Virus record (IMG/VR): IMGVR_UViG_2700989099_000001
Location: 64,547-128,546 of that record
DNA: 64,000 bases
Source of the DNA: a virus
Taxonomy: Duplodnaviria; Caudoviricetes
Reading direction: 5' to 3' (one strand)
Shown here: positions 49,718 through 60,470 of the stretch, in pieces
Numbering within the stretch: position 1 is the first letter of the stretch
Layout: each line of letters begins with the position of its first letter
The notes under the pieces: model-generated
Told to the model about the DNA's origin: nothing
The model's database searches: none
Seen by the model: the letters and a program-made list of their open reading frames with translations, nothing else
Position numbers and translations under genes: made by a program

Positions 49718-50466
49718 CAGCCACCTCCTTCATTTTCCTCTTCGTCCTTTTCATTCCATATATCTTGATACGCTATTCCAGTTTCAAAGTTATCTTTCGC
49801 ATCATTTCTTATATCTTCTTTGAGTGTAAGTTGTAGAACACCATAGTAATCACTATCAACATAACTAATATCGTCAACGTGTTCAAGTTTATATGCTTTG
49901 CTACCACAAATAAATCTTTGACCTAGTCTCAAGGTAGTTGTCAACTCATTTAATTCTACTGCAACGAGTATTTTCCCAACGGGTGTTTTGACATCAAAGA
50001 CATTATAGGCTAGTCCAGCATCGTTTGCTTTAGAGCCTGAACCTAAATATGAAGTAGATGTTATTGAGGGGATATCAATTATCTTACCAGAAGTATTTTT
50101 CCATCTTAGGGTGTCATTTATCTTACCCACTCTTAGTTTGATATCATCAACAGTCGAACCAAAGGTATCATAAGCAAGCCATTTATCCCCATCAAACTCT
50201 AGGATATTTCCAACTTTATGCAATACATTTGGTTTAAAAAGGATGTTTCTCAGCGTTCCTTGTCTGTCAATTTCTATTACACGAATATCTTCTTCAACAA
50301 AACTTTCTTTATCAGTACCTGTGTTGGTAAAGATTTTAGACCTTCTGTAACTTGTTGAAGTTTTGAACTTTTTATCTTTAAAGTAATGAGTGTTCTTACG
50401 AAGGGAGTCTCCTACGTCAGTACCATTAGCTTCCAGTCTCTTTTTATATACTTCAAAATAGTCCAT
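49714..50466 (-). CDS. Putative head closure protein
   Basis: Position in neck gene cluster. Confidence 0.6.
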   Translation of the reverse strand: MDYFEVYKKRLEANGTDVGDSLRKNTHYFKDKKFKTSTSYRRSKIFTNTGTDKESFVEEDIRVIEIDRQGTLRNILFKPNVLHKVGNILEFDGDKWLAYDTFGSTVDDIKLRVGKINDTLRWKNTSGKIIDIPSITSTSYLGSGSKANDAGLAYNVFDVKTPVGKILVAVELNELTTTLRLGQRFICGSKAYKLEHVDDISYVDSDYYGVLQLTLKEDIRNDAKDNFETGIAYQDIWNEKDEEENEGGGW

Positions 50467-50467
50467 A

Positions 50468-50776
50468 TTAGTCCACCATTTTCGAAGCTAAAGATTTGGA
50501 AATCTCTATCGCTTTAAAAACCTCTCTTTTTACTATATCTTGATTCGCAGTCTTTTTTGTCTCATTTTGAAGACTAGATATAACTGCAATAAGTGTTACA
50601 AACTCTGACAACTTATAATTAATGTAAGATTCAAGACCATCTAATTCGATTATTAGAGATGAGATATAAGAGTCTAAGTTAGCGTTATTTTCTTCATACA
50701 ATGGTAGTATTTTAAAAACACTATTCACATTTTTTACTTCAAAATATTCTACTAATCTTTTGTTATCTTTTATCAT
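50468..50776 (-). CDS. Hypothetical protein
   Basis: ORF in neck cluster. Confidence 0.65.
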   Translation of the reverse strand: MIKDNKRLVEYFEVKNVNSVFKILPLYEENNANLDSYISSLIIELDGLESYINYKLSEFVTLIAVISSLQNETKKTANQDIVKREVFKAIEISKSLASKMVD

Positions 50777-51203
50777 ATACTGCACCTACAAACGTATATT
50801 TTGTAACTTTTACCGCTGTCTCTCTTTTAATCTCTTTATAGAAGTCTTTTAATTGGTTAATTTGGTTTGCTTGCGAAAGTATTTTGAAATCAGAATCACT
50901 AAGAGCTTGTTCAAGAGTCTCATTACGAATCATAATTTGTTTGAAGTATTCTACAATCATAAGCATTGCTAGAATTTCAATTTCTAAATTAGTAAGGTCT
51001 GCATTGATATTGACTACTTCTGGTAAAGTTTTCTCTCCATCAGCATCTGTAGATAAGTCCTTCGGACATTGTACAAATTCAGCACTTGCTGTTCTGTAAT
51101 ATCCGAATAAAACTGATTCTACATAGTCTTTATCATCTATGAACTTATAGTCTGAAATCTTCTGCAAGAAACTGCTATAAACTCTTGTGATATTAGTTGA
51201 CAT
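50763..51203 (-). CDS. Putative head-tail adaptor
   Basis: VYSSFLQKISDY..EIEILA..SQANQ; position after capsid. Confidence 0.6.
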   Translation of the reverse strand: MSTNITRVYSSFLQKISDYKFIDDKDYVESVLFGYYRTASAEFVQCPKDLSTDADGEKTLPEVVNINADLTNLEIEILAMLMIVEYFKQIMIRNETLEQALSDSDFKILSQANQINQLKDFYKEIKRETAVKVTKYTFVGAVYDKR

Positions 51204-51223
51204 ATTCTACTTCCTTTCGATTA

Positions 51224-51886
51224 TTATTTGATTGGCAAATTGTCCTCGAATGAAATATCATACTCATCTTCAAAAGTTTTAATAATGAAAGAGCTATCTA
51301 ATTCACCAGTATTGTATCGTCTTTTAGCTTCATCAAAAAGTGTAGTACGCATTTCTTTTGGAAGTCCTTGAATTACTTCACGGATGTCATCTGTTCGCAT
51401 TTCCAAAATTTGGTCTACACGAGCTGGTGTCAGAAAGTGTGTATAAGAAGATTCAAGATTGAACTCTTTAATGAGGTCTTTATTAAGAATAATAAACCAC
51501 CCATCAGTAAGAGCTTCACGTACTAAATTATTCATAGACTTCAATTCTTTGTAAGGTATTTTGTTTTTTTGACCGAAACCACGGAACTCAAAAACTCCAT
51601 TACCTAATTGTGAAGTGTGAAGCAAACGTCCATTAATACCAGCCATGACCGTAATCAAGTCATCATCTTTGAATTTACTTTTTTCTTCTGCGATAGCTTC
51701 TAAATCGAACTCGTCTAGTGATGTATCACCAGATTCTTCGACCGCATTCGCTTTAGCTTTTTCTTTCTTTAAAACAGCTTCTAATTGTTTGAAGTTTAAA
51801 GGTTTTCCATTTTCACCAGTAAAGTCTGCTTTACTATAAGAATAATCTCTAACCAATTCCTCTTTAATTTCTTTAATTGTTGCCAT
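51224..51886 (-). CDS. Hypothetical protein
   Basis: ORF with RBS AAGGAG after capsid. Confidence 0.75.
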   Translation of the reverse strand: MATIKEIKEELVRDYSYSKADFTGENGKPLNFKQLEAVLKKEKAKANAVEESGDTSLDEFDLEAIAEEKSKFKDDDLITVMAGINGRLLHTSQLGNGVFEFRGFGQKNKIPYKELKSMNNLVREALTDGWFIILNKDLIKEFNLESSYTHFLTPARVDQILEMRTDDIREVIQGLPKEMRTTLFDEAKRRYNTGELDSSFIIKTFEDEYDISFEDNLPIK

Positions 51887-51924
51887 TGTTTATAATCTCC
51901 TTATTCTCTCTTAAAAACATACTA

Positions 51925-51943
51925 AAAGGGGATAACCCCTTCT
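51925..51943 (-). terminator. Terminator after major capsid gene
   Basis: AAGGGG-ATAA-CCCCTT hairpin with flanking A/T run. Confidence 0.65.
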
Positions 51944-51947
51944 AATA

Positions 51948-52967
51948 TTAGTTTGCTTTAAATTTGATGAAACCGAATTGACTTGATGGTACTGTAGCAA
52001 TACCAAGTTTTTGAGTCAAGAGGTATTCTTTTTGAAGGTCATCACGATTCATTGATTCGCCTTCTTCAACGTATGCTTCACCTTCATTAACGACTTTAAC
52101 AAATTTGTCATTAGTTTGTGGCAAGAGCAAGATAGCGTCATCTTCGAAGATGAAGTCAGTAGTTCCTTCTTTATGCAAAGCTGGAAGTTCTTTAGCTTCA
52201 ATACCAGCAATACGACCATAAAAAGCTTGTTGGTTGCGTTGGTTGTTTGAAGCATCAGATGGGTATTTGATATCAAGATTGCTCAAAGCGAGAGCAGTAC
52301 CATAAATAACAACCTCAGCACCAGTACGTGCTTCCAAGTGTTTTGCAACTTCTAAAATTTGTTTTTCAGTTGGAAGTCCACCAGACAAAGTAAGACGGTA
52401 AGGTTCACCTGCACCACCTTCACGGAAGTTTTTAAGAATTGCTTCGTAAATATCTTCCTTAGTAGATTTAACCATTGACTCACCAACTTTACGAGCCATT
52501 TCCATGAAGTCTACACGACCAGCCATGAAACGGTCAAATTCTTCATAGATTTTAACTCCTCTACGTACAGTTGGAATAGAGAAGCGTTCACCTTCACGGT
52601 GACGTTGACGTCTGAGATTTCCGTTACCATCTGAAATTACAGATACACGGAAATAAGAGTTATCTGGGATATAAAACTCATTTTTATCTCCAAGTGCAAG
52701 GTTACGGTATTCAATCAAACCATCAAGAATATCTGTAAATCCTTCATTAATTGTAATTTCAATAACTTCTTCGATAACTTCAAAGACTTCATTTTTGTGT
52801 TTACGGAAAGTCTTAGGAGAGATTGGTTGCCCAACTTCTACTTCTAGTAATTCGTAAAATCCTTTACGAAGAGCTTCCGATGGTGTTACGTCTTTAGCTG
52901 AGAAATCTTTTGGCAAAGTGCCATTTACATACATTTTAGCTAATTCTACAAGAGCTTTTGTTTCCAT
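51948..52967 (-). CDS. Major capsid protein
   Basis: 339 aa, optimal codons, strong RBS, position after scaffold/decoration genes. Confidence 0.8.
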   Translation of the reverse strand: METKALVELAKMYVNGTLPKDFSAKDVTPSEALRKGFYELLEVEVGQPISPKTFRKHKNEVFEVIEEVIEITINEGFTDILDGLIEYRNLALGDKNEFYIPDNSYFRVSVISDGNGNLRRQRHREGERFSIPTVRRGVKIYEEFDRFMAGRVDFMEMARKVGESMVKSTKEDIYEAILKNFREGGAGEPYRLTLSGGLPTEKQILEVAKHLEARTGAEVVIYGTALALSNLDIKYPSDASNNQRNQQAFYGRIAGIEAKELPALHKEGTTDFIFEDDAILLLPQTNDKFVKVVNEGEAYVEEGESMNRDDLQKEYLLTQKLGIATVPSSQFGFIKFKAN

Positions 52968-53005
52968 TAAAATTTTCCTCCTAGGTATCTTGGTTTTCTA
53001 TATTC

Positions 53006-53542
53006 TTACTGAACTTGAAGAGTCCAAGCTTTTTCAACGATATCAAGTGTGTTTCCAGCATCTGCAATAACTTTGAATTTAAGTTGTGTCACAGCTGTTT
53101 CTCCAACGAGTGGTTCAGTAACTTTAGCCAATTTACCATCTTTAACTACAAGAGTATCTCCTACAACCACGTCTCCATGAGCAGAAATTCCAATTGCTTG
53201 GTCAGTCATTGTTAAAACATCTCCACGTTGAAGACGGTATCCACGAACAATTTTACCTGCTTCGTTTTTGAAATCACGCATGAAAAGTTTTTCATCATAT
53301 TGAAGTTCAGGTGCGTGCAACATAACTGTATCTTTAGTACCATCTGTTGAAACTACACCATATTTTGCTTCACCTTTACGACCAACCCAGTCGCTATTAT
53401 GGTCTTGAACAAATCCGTCTACATCAACAAACAATCCATTTGCATAGTTTTCTACAAGTTTGTTTCCTTTGTCAAATGCAACAACAGATTCCAAGTTGCC
53501 GTTTGCACCACTTAATACTTTATCTAAATTAACGATTGCCAT
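53006..53542 (-). CDS. Putative head decoration protein
   Basis: Between scaffold and capsid; optimal codons. Confidence 0.6.
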   Translation of the reverse strand: MAIVNLDKVLSGANGNLESVVAFDKGNKLVENYANGLFVDVDGFVQDHNSDWVGRKGEAKYGVVSTDGTKDTVMLHAPELQYDEKLFMRDFKNEAGKIVRGYRLQRGDVLTMTDQAIGISAHGDVVVGDTLVVKDGKLAKVTEPLVGETAVTQLKFKVIADAGNTLDIVEKAWTLQVQ

Positions 53543-53570
53543 TAATTCTTCCTCCTATTAATGTCTTTTC

Positions 53571-54812
53571 TTAGTTAAACAAATCTTCAAATGAATATTG
53601 TTTTTTATTTGTTCCTTCTGGTTTGATTGTGATTTTAGCAAACTCTTTTGAAGTATTTTTTTCTACTGGTTTAGCCATACGACCAAGCATTTCAAATAAT
53701 TTTACTTCAAGAGCGTCTGTATTTTCAAACGCAGAATAATCAAGTTCTTTTACAGCAGATTCATCTAAGCCATAAGTTTCAATAAATGATTCAACTTTAT
53801 CATTACATTCACGAACATGATTGTCTAATTCAAATTTACCATTTTTAGCTTTCAAACCTTTGATTTCTTCTTTGAGTTTTTCATTTTCTGATTTCAACTC
53901 TTCGATTTGTTTTTCTAGCTTTGCAATAGTTGCATTGTCAGATGTCTCAGGTTTTTTTGCTTTTTTAGGTTCTCCGTCTTTAGCTTTTGCATCAGTTTCG
54001 GCTTTGGCAAATTCTGCCAATTCTTTTTCAACCTCTTCAACAGGAATTTCTGCGTAATTTTTAACTTTAGCTGAAAGTTCTTCTTCTGTCAAAGAAAATT
54101 TTGCGAGTAAGTCTTCTAATTTCAACTTTGGTTCTCCCTTCTCGATAGTTTCGATTTCGTTTAAAGCAAATTTTAAATCTTTAAACATGTTCTGCATACT
54201 TTCAGTTAGTGAATCATCTTTTGAGTATGTTTGAACTTTGGCATCGTTAAATGCTGGTCTTACATATCCAGCTCCGTTCTTATCGATGCCAAGCACACAT
54301 AGTGCTGTGAAATAAAAATCAGTAATGTAATCAATACCATCAAGAGTATAATATTCATTAACTGTGATTTCCATTGACTGACCAAAATCATCTGTAGATA
54401 AAGCAGAAACAAGTTTCTCATCTCTATTCCAGATTAAAGCGTTATCAATAACAAGATATTCTCTTCGGATTCCGTCTTTATCTACAATATTTTCCCAAGA
54501 AAATACTGCACTTTCAGGCACAACACCGATTGGAACTGTTTTTGTTTTAACAACAATCTTGTCATCTTCTACAACAAGACTACGTTCATGTCCACCAAAA
54601 TTTTCATCTTCTTCGCTAAAATAACCAACGATTGGAATATTTTTTAATGAAGGAACAGCCTTTTCAACATCCCACTTACTAAAAGAAGAACGGTTTGGGT
54701 TTTCTCCATGATACATAACCGTTACTCTAGCTTTTGAAAATAGTGGACTTAAACTCTCCGTGATTTCAAAGTTAATCATTTTAGAGTTTAGGATTTTAGT
54801 ATTATCTACCAT
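53571..54812 (-). CDS. Prohead protease/scaffold protein
   Basis: NPNRSSF..FGGH..QSME..FTALCVLG..PAF, then charged coiled coil. Confidence 0.7.
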   Translation of the reverse strand: MVDNTKILNSKMINFEITESLSPLFSKARVTVMYHGENPNRSSFSKWDVEKAVPSLKNIPIVGYFSEEDENFGGHERSLVVEDDKIVVKTKTVPIGVVPESAVFSWENIVDKDGIRREYLVIDNALIWNRDEKLVSALSTDDFGQSMEITVNEYYTLDGIDYITDFYFTALCVLGIDKNGAGYVRPAFNDAKVQTYSKDDSLTESMQNMFKDLKFALNEIETIEKGEPKLKLEDLLAKFSLTEEELSAKVKNYAEIPVEEVEKELAEFAKAETDAKAKDGEPKKAKKPETSDNATIAKLEKQIEELKSENEKLKEEIKGLKAKNGKFELDNHVRECNDKVESFIETYGLDESAVKELDYSAFENTDALEVKLFEMLGRMAKPVEKNTSKEFAKITIKPEGTNKKQYSFEDLFN

Positions 54813-54823
54813 TTCTTATCTCC

Positions 54824-56365
54824 TTACTGCGTATTTGCTGGCTTATCTTTAGACCTCTGCGTCTCATCGCTGTCTTCATTGCCAGTAGCTTCGTTAGTAG
54901 GTCTTCCATTTTCTTTTCCTGTTTCCTTTATTGCTTCTCCTGCAATATCAGAACCACTCGTGTTAAATGAAGAACTTAATGGAGTCATAATTTCTGGTAG
55001 GTCAAGCATTTCATTCTCAACTTTAAGCAATCCAGTAAATGCTACTGGGTCAATTCCCATGAGAGATGCAAGATAAACCTTAACTGGGAATCCATATTGA
55101 GCATCTGTGATATATCTATCATGGGCTTCTTTTTTGCTAAAGTGTGTTACTTCTAACATTGTCGCTTTAAAGTATTTAGACATGCCATTCAATAACATAT
55201 ATCTATTCAACCAACGTTCAAATTGATTGAGGATTCCGAAAATAAACTGTTCATCAGTTGCAATACTCATTGCAATACCTTGTGATGTTTTATTATCAGA
55301 AGAGAATAAGATTTGACTTACTCCCGCATTGTCCCAAAAGTTTTTAGTTGCTTTTTCAACACTATCGTCTGTTGAGCTATCTTTATCAAATGATACAGTA
55401 TCAATTTCCATTGGAGATGTTACAACACCAACATTGTCAGGAACTGTCATTGATAATGCTTCATGGAAATAATTCATCATCGGCATATCTAACGTGAAGT
55501 CATTGTTATCATTACTAGAGCGTGTTTCAAGTTTTTGAATCAATAACTTGTAGTTTTGGAGTTCTGCTTTGTCATTTCGCAAATCTTTAAACGAATGAAT
55601 ATCATAAATACTGTCAAATGTTCCTGCGAATGGTGGTACAGGAATTAAACTAGACTCATTGATTTTAATACAGATACTATTTTTATCTTGAATTTCATAC
55701 CAATTGGAAGCACTTTTATTATTTCCTTTTTTCATAGTATTGTATTTAGTAACTGCATCTTGAATTTCTTTCGGGTAATAATCAACTATGTCTGCACTAA
55801 TTAATGCATCTAAGTCAATCACATAGTTATAGACGCCACCACTAACCGAACTAATTTTACAAATGTCATTAGGGAATTGCTGAACCATTACTGACTCTTT
55901 ATCATCAATAACGTATCCATAAAAAATATCCACTGTCATTGCTAATTTAACTATTTTACTAAAGTTATATTTAGGATTTAAACGAGATAGAAACTCTGTA
56001 ACTGTTGATAATTCCTTCTTCAACTTATTTTCGTTTGCTGTTGAAATATCTTTAAACGGAACTACTGAATAAGCATATAAAGGCATGTCTGCATAAAAGT
56101 TTAATAATCTTTGATATTGTTGACTTTGAACTGCCAAGTCTTCACTAACTTTTCGTAATGTCTTTTGATTCCCCTCATTTCGGTAATCTTTGACCATCTT
56201 ACGAACTTTACTTTGACTTGAAACTAGTGAGCCTACTGGTGTTCCAAAGACAGGTGTTCTATTGTCATCACGCAATATTGAGATTCGATTGTTTCTCTTA
56301 TTACTATAGGAACTAATAGATTCAACATCAATCATACTAAGTCTTTTCTTTTTATTTTTAGTCAA
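54824..56365 (-). CDS. Portal protein
   Basis: 513 aa immediately after terminase; C-terminal GRP motif. Confidence 0.8.
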   Translation of the reverse strand: MTKNKKKRLSMIDVESISSYSNKRNNRISILRDDNRTPVFGTPVGSLVSSQSKVRKMVKDYRNEGNQKTLRKVSEDLAVQSQQYQRLLNFYADMPLYAYSVVPFKDISTANENKLKKELSTVTEFLSRLNPKYNFSKIVKLAMTVDIFYGYVIDDKESVMVQQFPNDICKISSVSGGVYNYVIDLDALISADIVDYYPKEIQDAVTKYNTMKKGNNKSASNWYEIQDKNSICIKINESSLIPVPPFAGTFDSIYDIHSFKDLRNDKAELQNYKLLIQKLETRSSNDNNDFTLDMPMMNYFHEALSMTVPDNVGVVTSPMEIDTVSFDKDSSTDDSVEKATKNFWDNAGVSQILFSSDNKTSQGIAMSIATDEQFIFGILNQFERWLNRYMLLNGMSKYFKATMLEVTHFSKKEAHDRYITDAQYGFPVKVYLASLMGIDPVAFTGLLKVENEMLDLPEIMTPLSSSFNTSGSDIAGEAIKETGKENGRPTNEATGNEDSDETQRSKDKPANTQ

Positions 56366-56388
56366 ACTTATCTCCTTTCTATCTTATT

Positions 56389-58086
56389 TTATTTAAATCT
56401 TTTATAAACAGGTGCTTTGATTTTCATGAAACCATATGCATCATCATCTGGTTTCTTTCTTTTTCTTTTGCTTTCTGATTCTTCTAAATAAATCCAATAG
56501 AGACCATAAGCAAAAGCAGAGTACCTATCTTTTTGTATTTTTTGAGATACTTGTTTAACAGTACCTGTATTACCATTGTTTACATATTCGAGGTTCATGA
56601 TTTCATCAACCAATCGGTCTGTCTGAATAAATGGTAATAATTTATCAGCTTCTTTTCGTGGGTCTTTTTCTTTGATACTTGCTTGAATCTTAGACTCGGA
56701 AGTTAATATTTTAACGTCATTGTTTGCAAATGTAGCCATGAAGTGATTAATAATGTTTGAGTTCTTAGTGCCTTTCTTTTGAGCGGACACTGCGAAAATC
56801 ATAGGAATACTATTTGGTTTCTTATACTCAGCATAACCATCGTCATTTACAACACTATAAGGAGGGTTGTCATCAATTTCACTTGTTAAGTAATCGACCA
56901 ATCCCCAACCCATACCATTAATATCTACACAAAGAATTGTCGCATTAAACTCGTTTACTTTTTGTTTCAAGAACTTAGCTTGATTCTCAAAGTGGCTACC
57001 TTGCATTGTGAAGATATTAACTAAATGTTTAGTATAAGTTCCATCCCCTCTATCTTCGATACGTATTACTGCCAGAGAACTGTTGGCTGTGTTACCACTT
57101 TGTGACCTAGCTACGTCATATGATAGAACGAATCTTACATTTGGATTCTTTTTATCTTCACTATTAATTTTCCACATAGGTTTTTCTAAAACACGAGCTT
57201 TACTTATTTCATCTGCTGAAACTAATGATTTTTCACTAGAACCAGTAAAGACTGACCTGAACTCACGTTCAAATGATAGTGGACTATATGTAGGGTCTTC
57301 AAGTTTTTCATTAACATCATCTATATCAAGCGTTCCAAAGTGTGTTCCCATCTCGTAACTTGTTCCAAGGACAATTGTCGGCTTACCTTGCTCCATCTCT
57401 TCATATAATGCTCTAAACTTATCATAACAATAAGATTGCTTGTGAGAAGCTGTTGTAACATAAGCTTCCGTTTTAGAATATTCGTTTTCTTTGTCAACAC
57501 CATGACCAACAACGTTACGTGCTTGTGCAAGCATTGGACGGATAACCTCATTAATTGTTTTCGCATCCATACGTTCATCAACTATTTCCTCTAGTGTGAT
57601 TCCTTGTGCACGCAAACCACGTGAACTTTCACCTACCGTAAGGGTATCTAGCGTTGAACCGTTTTTGAAGACTAGTTTAACATAATCTTTTTCGAATTTA
57701 CATTTATTGAAGATTAATTCATTTTTTAGTAATGGATAGTCTCTCCAAAATTCTTCGAACTTAGACTTAACTACTTTTGCAGATTGTTCTTTGGTTGGCA
57801 TTGCGACTGCCAAGGCATTATTTGGATATAGAATACATTTAACATAATTTGAAAGAAGTTCAATATATGTTTTAGAAATACCACGACTAGCTACAATTCC
57901 TACTCTTTTATAACGAAAGAAAGTTCGCATGTAAACCCTTTGAAATGGGAGCAAATCAAACATCGTAGATTCTGTTTTGATATAATCTATGAATCTGTCT
58001 GGATACATTCTGAAATATGAAATCATATCTCTAAAACCATCTTTAACATCTCCAAAATTATCATTAAATTCTTTAACTGATAACAT
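56389..58086 (-). CDS. terL: Terminase large subunit
   Basis: ASRGISKT (Walker A), RGLR..LEE (Walker B), TTA, YDVAR, KDRYSA. Confidence 0.92.
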   Translation of the reverse strand: MLSVKEFNDNFGDVKDGFRDMISYFRMYPDRFIDYIKTESTMFDLLPFQRVYMRTFFRYKRVGIVASRGISKTYIELLSNYVKCILYPNNALAVAMPTKEQSAKVVKSKFEEFWRDYPLLKNELIFNKCKFEKDYVKLVFKNGSTLDTLTVGESSRGLRAQGITLEEIVDERMDAKTINEVIRPMLAQARNVVGHGVDKENEYSKTEAYVTTASHKQSYCYDKFRALYEEMEQGKPTIVLGTSYEMGTHFGTLDIDDVNEKLEDPTYSPLSFEREFRSVFTGSSEKSLVSADEISKARVLEKPMWKINSEDKKNPNVRFVLSYDVARSQSGNTANSSLAVIRIEDRGDGTYTKHLVNIFTMQGSHFENQAKFLKQKVNEFNATILCVDINGMGWGLVDYLTSEIDDNPPYSVVNDDGYAEYKKPNSIPMIFAVSAQKKGTKNSNIINHFMATFANNDVKILTSESKIQASIKEKDPRKEADKLLPFIQTDRLVDEIMNLEYVNNGNTGTVKQVSQKIQKDRYSAFAYGLYWIYLEESESKRKRKKPDDDAYGFMKIKAPVYKRFK

Positions 58087-58088
58087 TC

Positions 58089-59117
58089 TTAATTCTCCTC
58101 GTCATCAGCTACAATCTCAGGTTCTCCTTCTGACGTATCATGGACACTAAAATCAATATCTTCTGACTTGATGTCTTCTCTCCAAGTATGGTCAACTTCA
58201 ACATCTACTGGTTGGTCAGTAAATCTTTGTGCCCATTGTTTATATCGCATCAACATAAGGTCAATGTCATCAGGATTTGTTTCAACAAGATTTGGTGGAA
58301 TAAAGCCTGAGTCACGTTCTATTTGAGCAACAATTTGACCAAAACTTGTAACACCTGTTTTCTCTAAACTATCCTTTTCATCAATAGGTTGGAATCCAGA
58401 AACTTTTAATTTGTTCTGGAATGATTTGTCTAGTTTGTCATAATCACCAATGTTATCATCACTCAAAGCCCTTTGCTTCTTAACAGACAAAACAGACAAT
58501 TCATACAAGAGATTAATAGCGCTTGTATTTTCAATACTGAAATCATTTTTCATGTCAACGAAATATTTTTCTAGTTCAAGTATTTCATCATCATCAAAGC
58601 TTGAATCTTTTCTGAGCCACTTTTTACGTAACTCATCAGTCAGCATAATTTTTTTACCATTATTAGCTAAGATAAAAACTGTTCCGTCCTCTTGTGAATC
58701 AAAGAGCTTATCAAGGTCTTTAGATTCTTTTTCAGTAGCACGTTCTTCTTTATTGAAGGCTAAGTATTCATCTTCTAATTTAAATTTGTTGTCTTTCTTA
58801 ACTTCTAAAGTCAACTCTGAGTCTTTATATGAGAGTTTTTTATATCTTACTTGATTCATAATCTTAAGATACTCTAATATTGTTTCTCCTTTGCGTTTAA
58901 TGGCAGAAGCCCAAGGAGTCTTCATAAGAGGAACATCAACTTCATATAGCAACTTGGCAACATCAACACTAAGGTCATTGCCGACAACGCTTACAAGACA
59001 TTCGTTACAGAGGTGATAATATCCATCAGGAAATCTAACATTACTTTTTGTTTGATAGAAATTCTTTAAAGGTTTTTCTACTTTACAATTAAAACATTTT
59101 TTAGTATCAGCAATCAT
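58089..59117 (-). CDS. Zn-finger protein, candidate terminase small subunit
   Basis: CFNC..CNEC; directly upstream of terL. Confidence 0.5.
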   Translation of the reverse strand: MIADTKKCFNCKVEKPLKNFYQTKSNVRFPDGYYHLCNECLVSVVGNDLSVDVAKLLYEVDVPLMKTPWASAIKRKGETILEYLKIMNQVRYKKLSYKDSELTLEVKKDNKFKLEDEYLAFNKEERATEKESKDLDKLFDSQEDGTVFILANNGKKIMLTDELRKKWLRKDSSFDDDEILELEKYFVDMKNDFSIENTSAINLLYELSVLSVKKQRALSDDNIGDYDKLDKSFQNKLKVSGFQPIDEKDSLEKTGVTSFGQIVAQIERDSGFIPPNLVETNPDDIDLMLMRYKQWAQRFTDQPVDVEVDHTWREDIKSEDIDFSVHDTSEGEPEIVADDEEN

Positions 59118-59139
59118 TAAAAATCCTTTCTAAAATATA

Positions 59140-59181
59140 ATTACCCTCTCATAGTATAGTGGTTTTGAGAGGGTAATCCAA
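59140..59181 (-). promoter_or_regulatory. 12-bp inverted repeat enclosing a putative -10 box upstream of the packaging genes
   Basis: ATTACCCTCTCA (59140-59151) / TGAGAGGGTAAT (59166-59177); minus strand TTGGAT-17-TATACT. Confidence 0.6.
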
Positions 59182-59214
59182 ACGTTTTTTTAAATTTTTT
59201 AACAAATTGGTCTG

Positions 59215-60462
59215 TTATTTTTCTCGAACGTGTTCTAAATCAATATTAATTGGTTGTGCACCATGTTCATCAACTAAGATTATCATTTGAGAACCATTAG
59301 TGTAAAATCCTAAGTTGCGAGAGTAATCATTACTAAAGTTAAGACTTCCACTTGTGAATACTTTACGACCATGATTTTCTGTCTCTACTCGGAAGTTGTG
59401 AATATGTCCTGTAAGAACATATGAAATCTTTTTATCAAGTGCACTAGAGTATCTAGTGAGCTTTGTAGTGCCTTGTTTAGAGAGGTCTCCGTGTTCTGCC
59501 AAGAAAGTGTATCCCTTAACTGTAAACGTTCCGTGAGTATGTTCATATCCAGATAAGTCATAATTCAAGTTCGGATTGTCAATGCTATCAATCAATGTTG
59601 TCAACATATTTGTAGCCATTTTAGAATATGAATCTCCATTTAGATTTTCACCCTTTTCTCCCAAACGAGAATGATTACCCATTATATTACCAACATAGGT
59701 CACTTTAAACTCTGCTGATAATTTTGTCATATACTCAAAAATCCATTTAACGTATGTGGCAAACTGGTCTGAATTGTGACCCCATGTTGTTGCTGTTGAC
59801 GTTGGTTTGTGCAATAGAGAATTTTCAATCTCATCTCCTAAGTCAAGAATTGTCACATGTTGAACATTAAACAATTTATAATACTTGATTGTTTCTTGGA
59901 GAAGATAATCGAGTCTCATTTTCTGAGTTTCTTTTCCCATTTCATCAGTTGATTTTAAACCAATATGTAAATCTGACAAAACTGAAACTGCTTCTGTACC
60001 AGAAATTTCTGGTGTTGGAAGTGGTTTGATATTAGGAATATCAATTGAAATGTTAGAGATTGCTTCTACAATTTCTTCGTGAAGAACAAGATTATCTGTC
60101 ACATCACGTTTCATTTTATTAAAAAGTTGTCTCTCTCTTGCAAGTTGTCGTTTAGACATGTAATTTTCACCAATTACACTTTTAAGAGATTCTAGTTTTT
60201 TATCAGTAACAAAGTCAACATATTTTTGAGTACTTGGTAATAAGCCACGTTTCTTTTGTTCTGATTTTACGAGTTGACGATATTCTTCTGAATTTTCAGA
60301 GTCATAGAAACCTTCACTCTCCATAAGTTCTTTATGTTGTTTCCAACTACAACGTTGAGAAGGACTTGCATTTTGAAGTTCTATTTTGATTCGGATAGAA
60401 GTCTCAATATGTTCGTCTGAAAGTTCTACTGTTTCGCCTTTTTTATTCTCATATTTTCTCAT
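59215..60462 (-). CDS. Calcineurin-like metallophosphoesterase
   Basis: SDLHIG, LGDEIE, MGNH, EHGD, GHIH. Confidence 0.85.
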   Translation of the reverse strand: MRKYENKKGETVELSDEHIETSIRIKIELQNASPSQRCSWKQHKELMESEGFYDSENSEEYRQLVKSEQKKRGLLPSTQKYVDFVTDKKLESLKSVIGENYMSKRQLARERQLFNKMKRDVTDNLVLHEEIVEAISNISIDIPNIKPLPTPEISGTEAVSVLSDLHIGLKSTDEMGKETQKMRLDYLLQETIKYYKLFNVQHVTILDLGDEIENSLLHKPTSTATTWGHNSDQFATYVKWIFEYMTKLSAEFKVTYVGNIMGNHSRLGEKGENLNGDSYSKMATNMLTTLIDSIDNPNLNYDLSGYEHTHGTFTVKGYTFLAEHGDLSKQGTTKLTRYSSALDKKISYVLTGHIHNFRVETENHGRKVFTSGSLNFSNDYSRNLGFYTNGSQMIILVDEHGAQPINIDLEHVREK

Positions 60463-60470
60463 TATTTATA

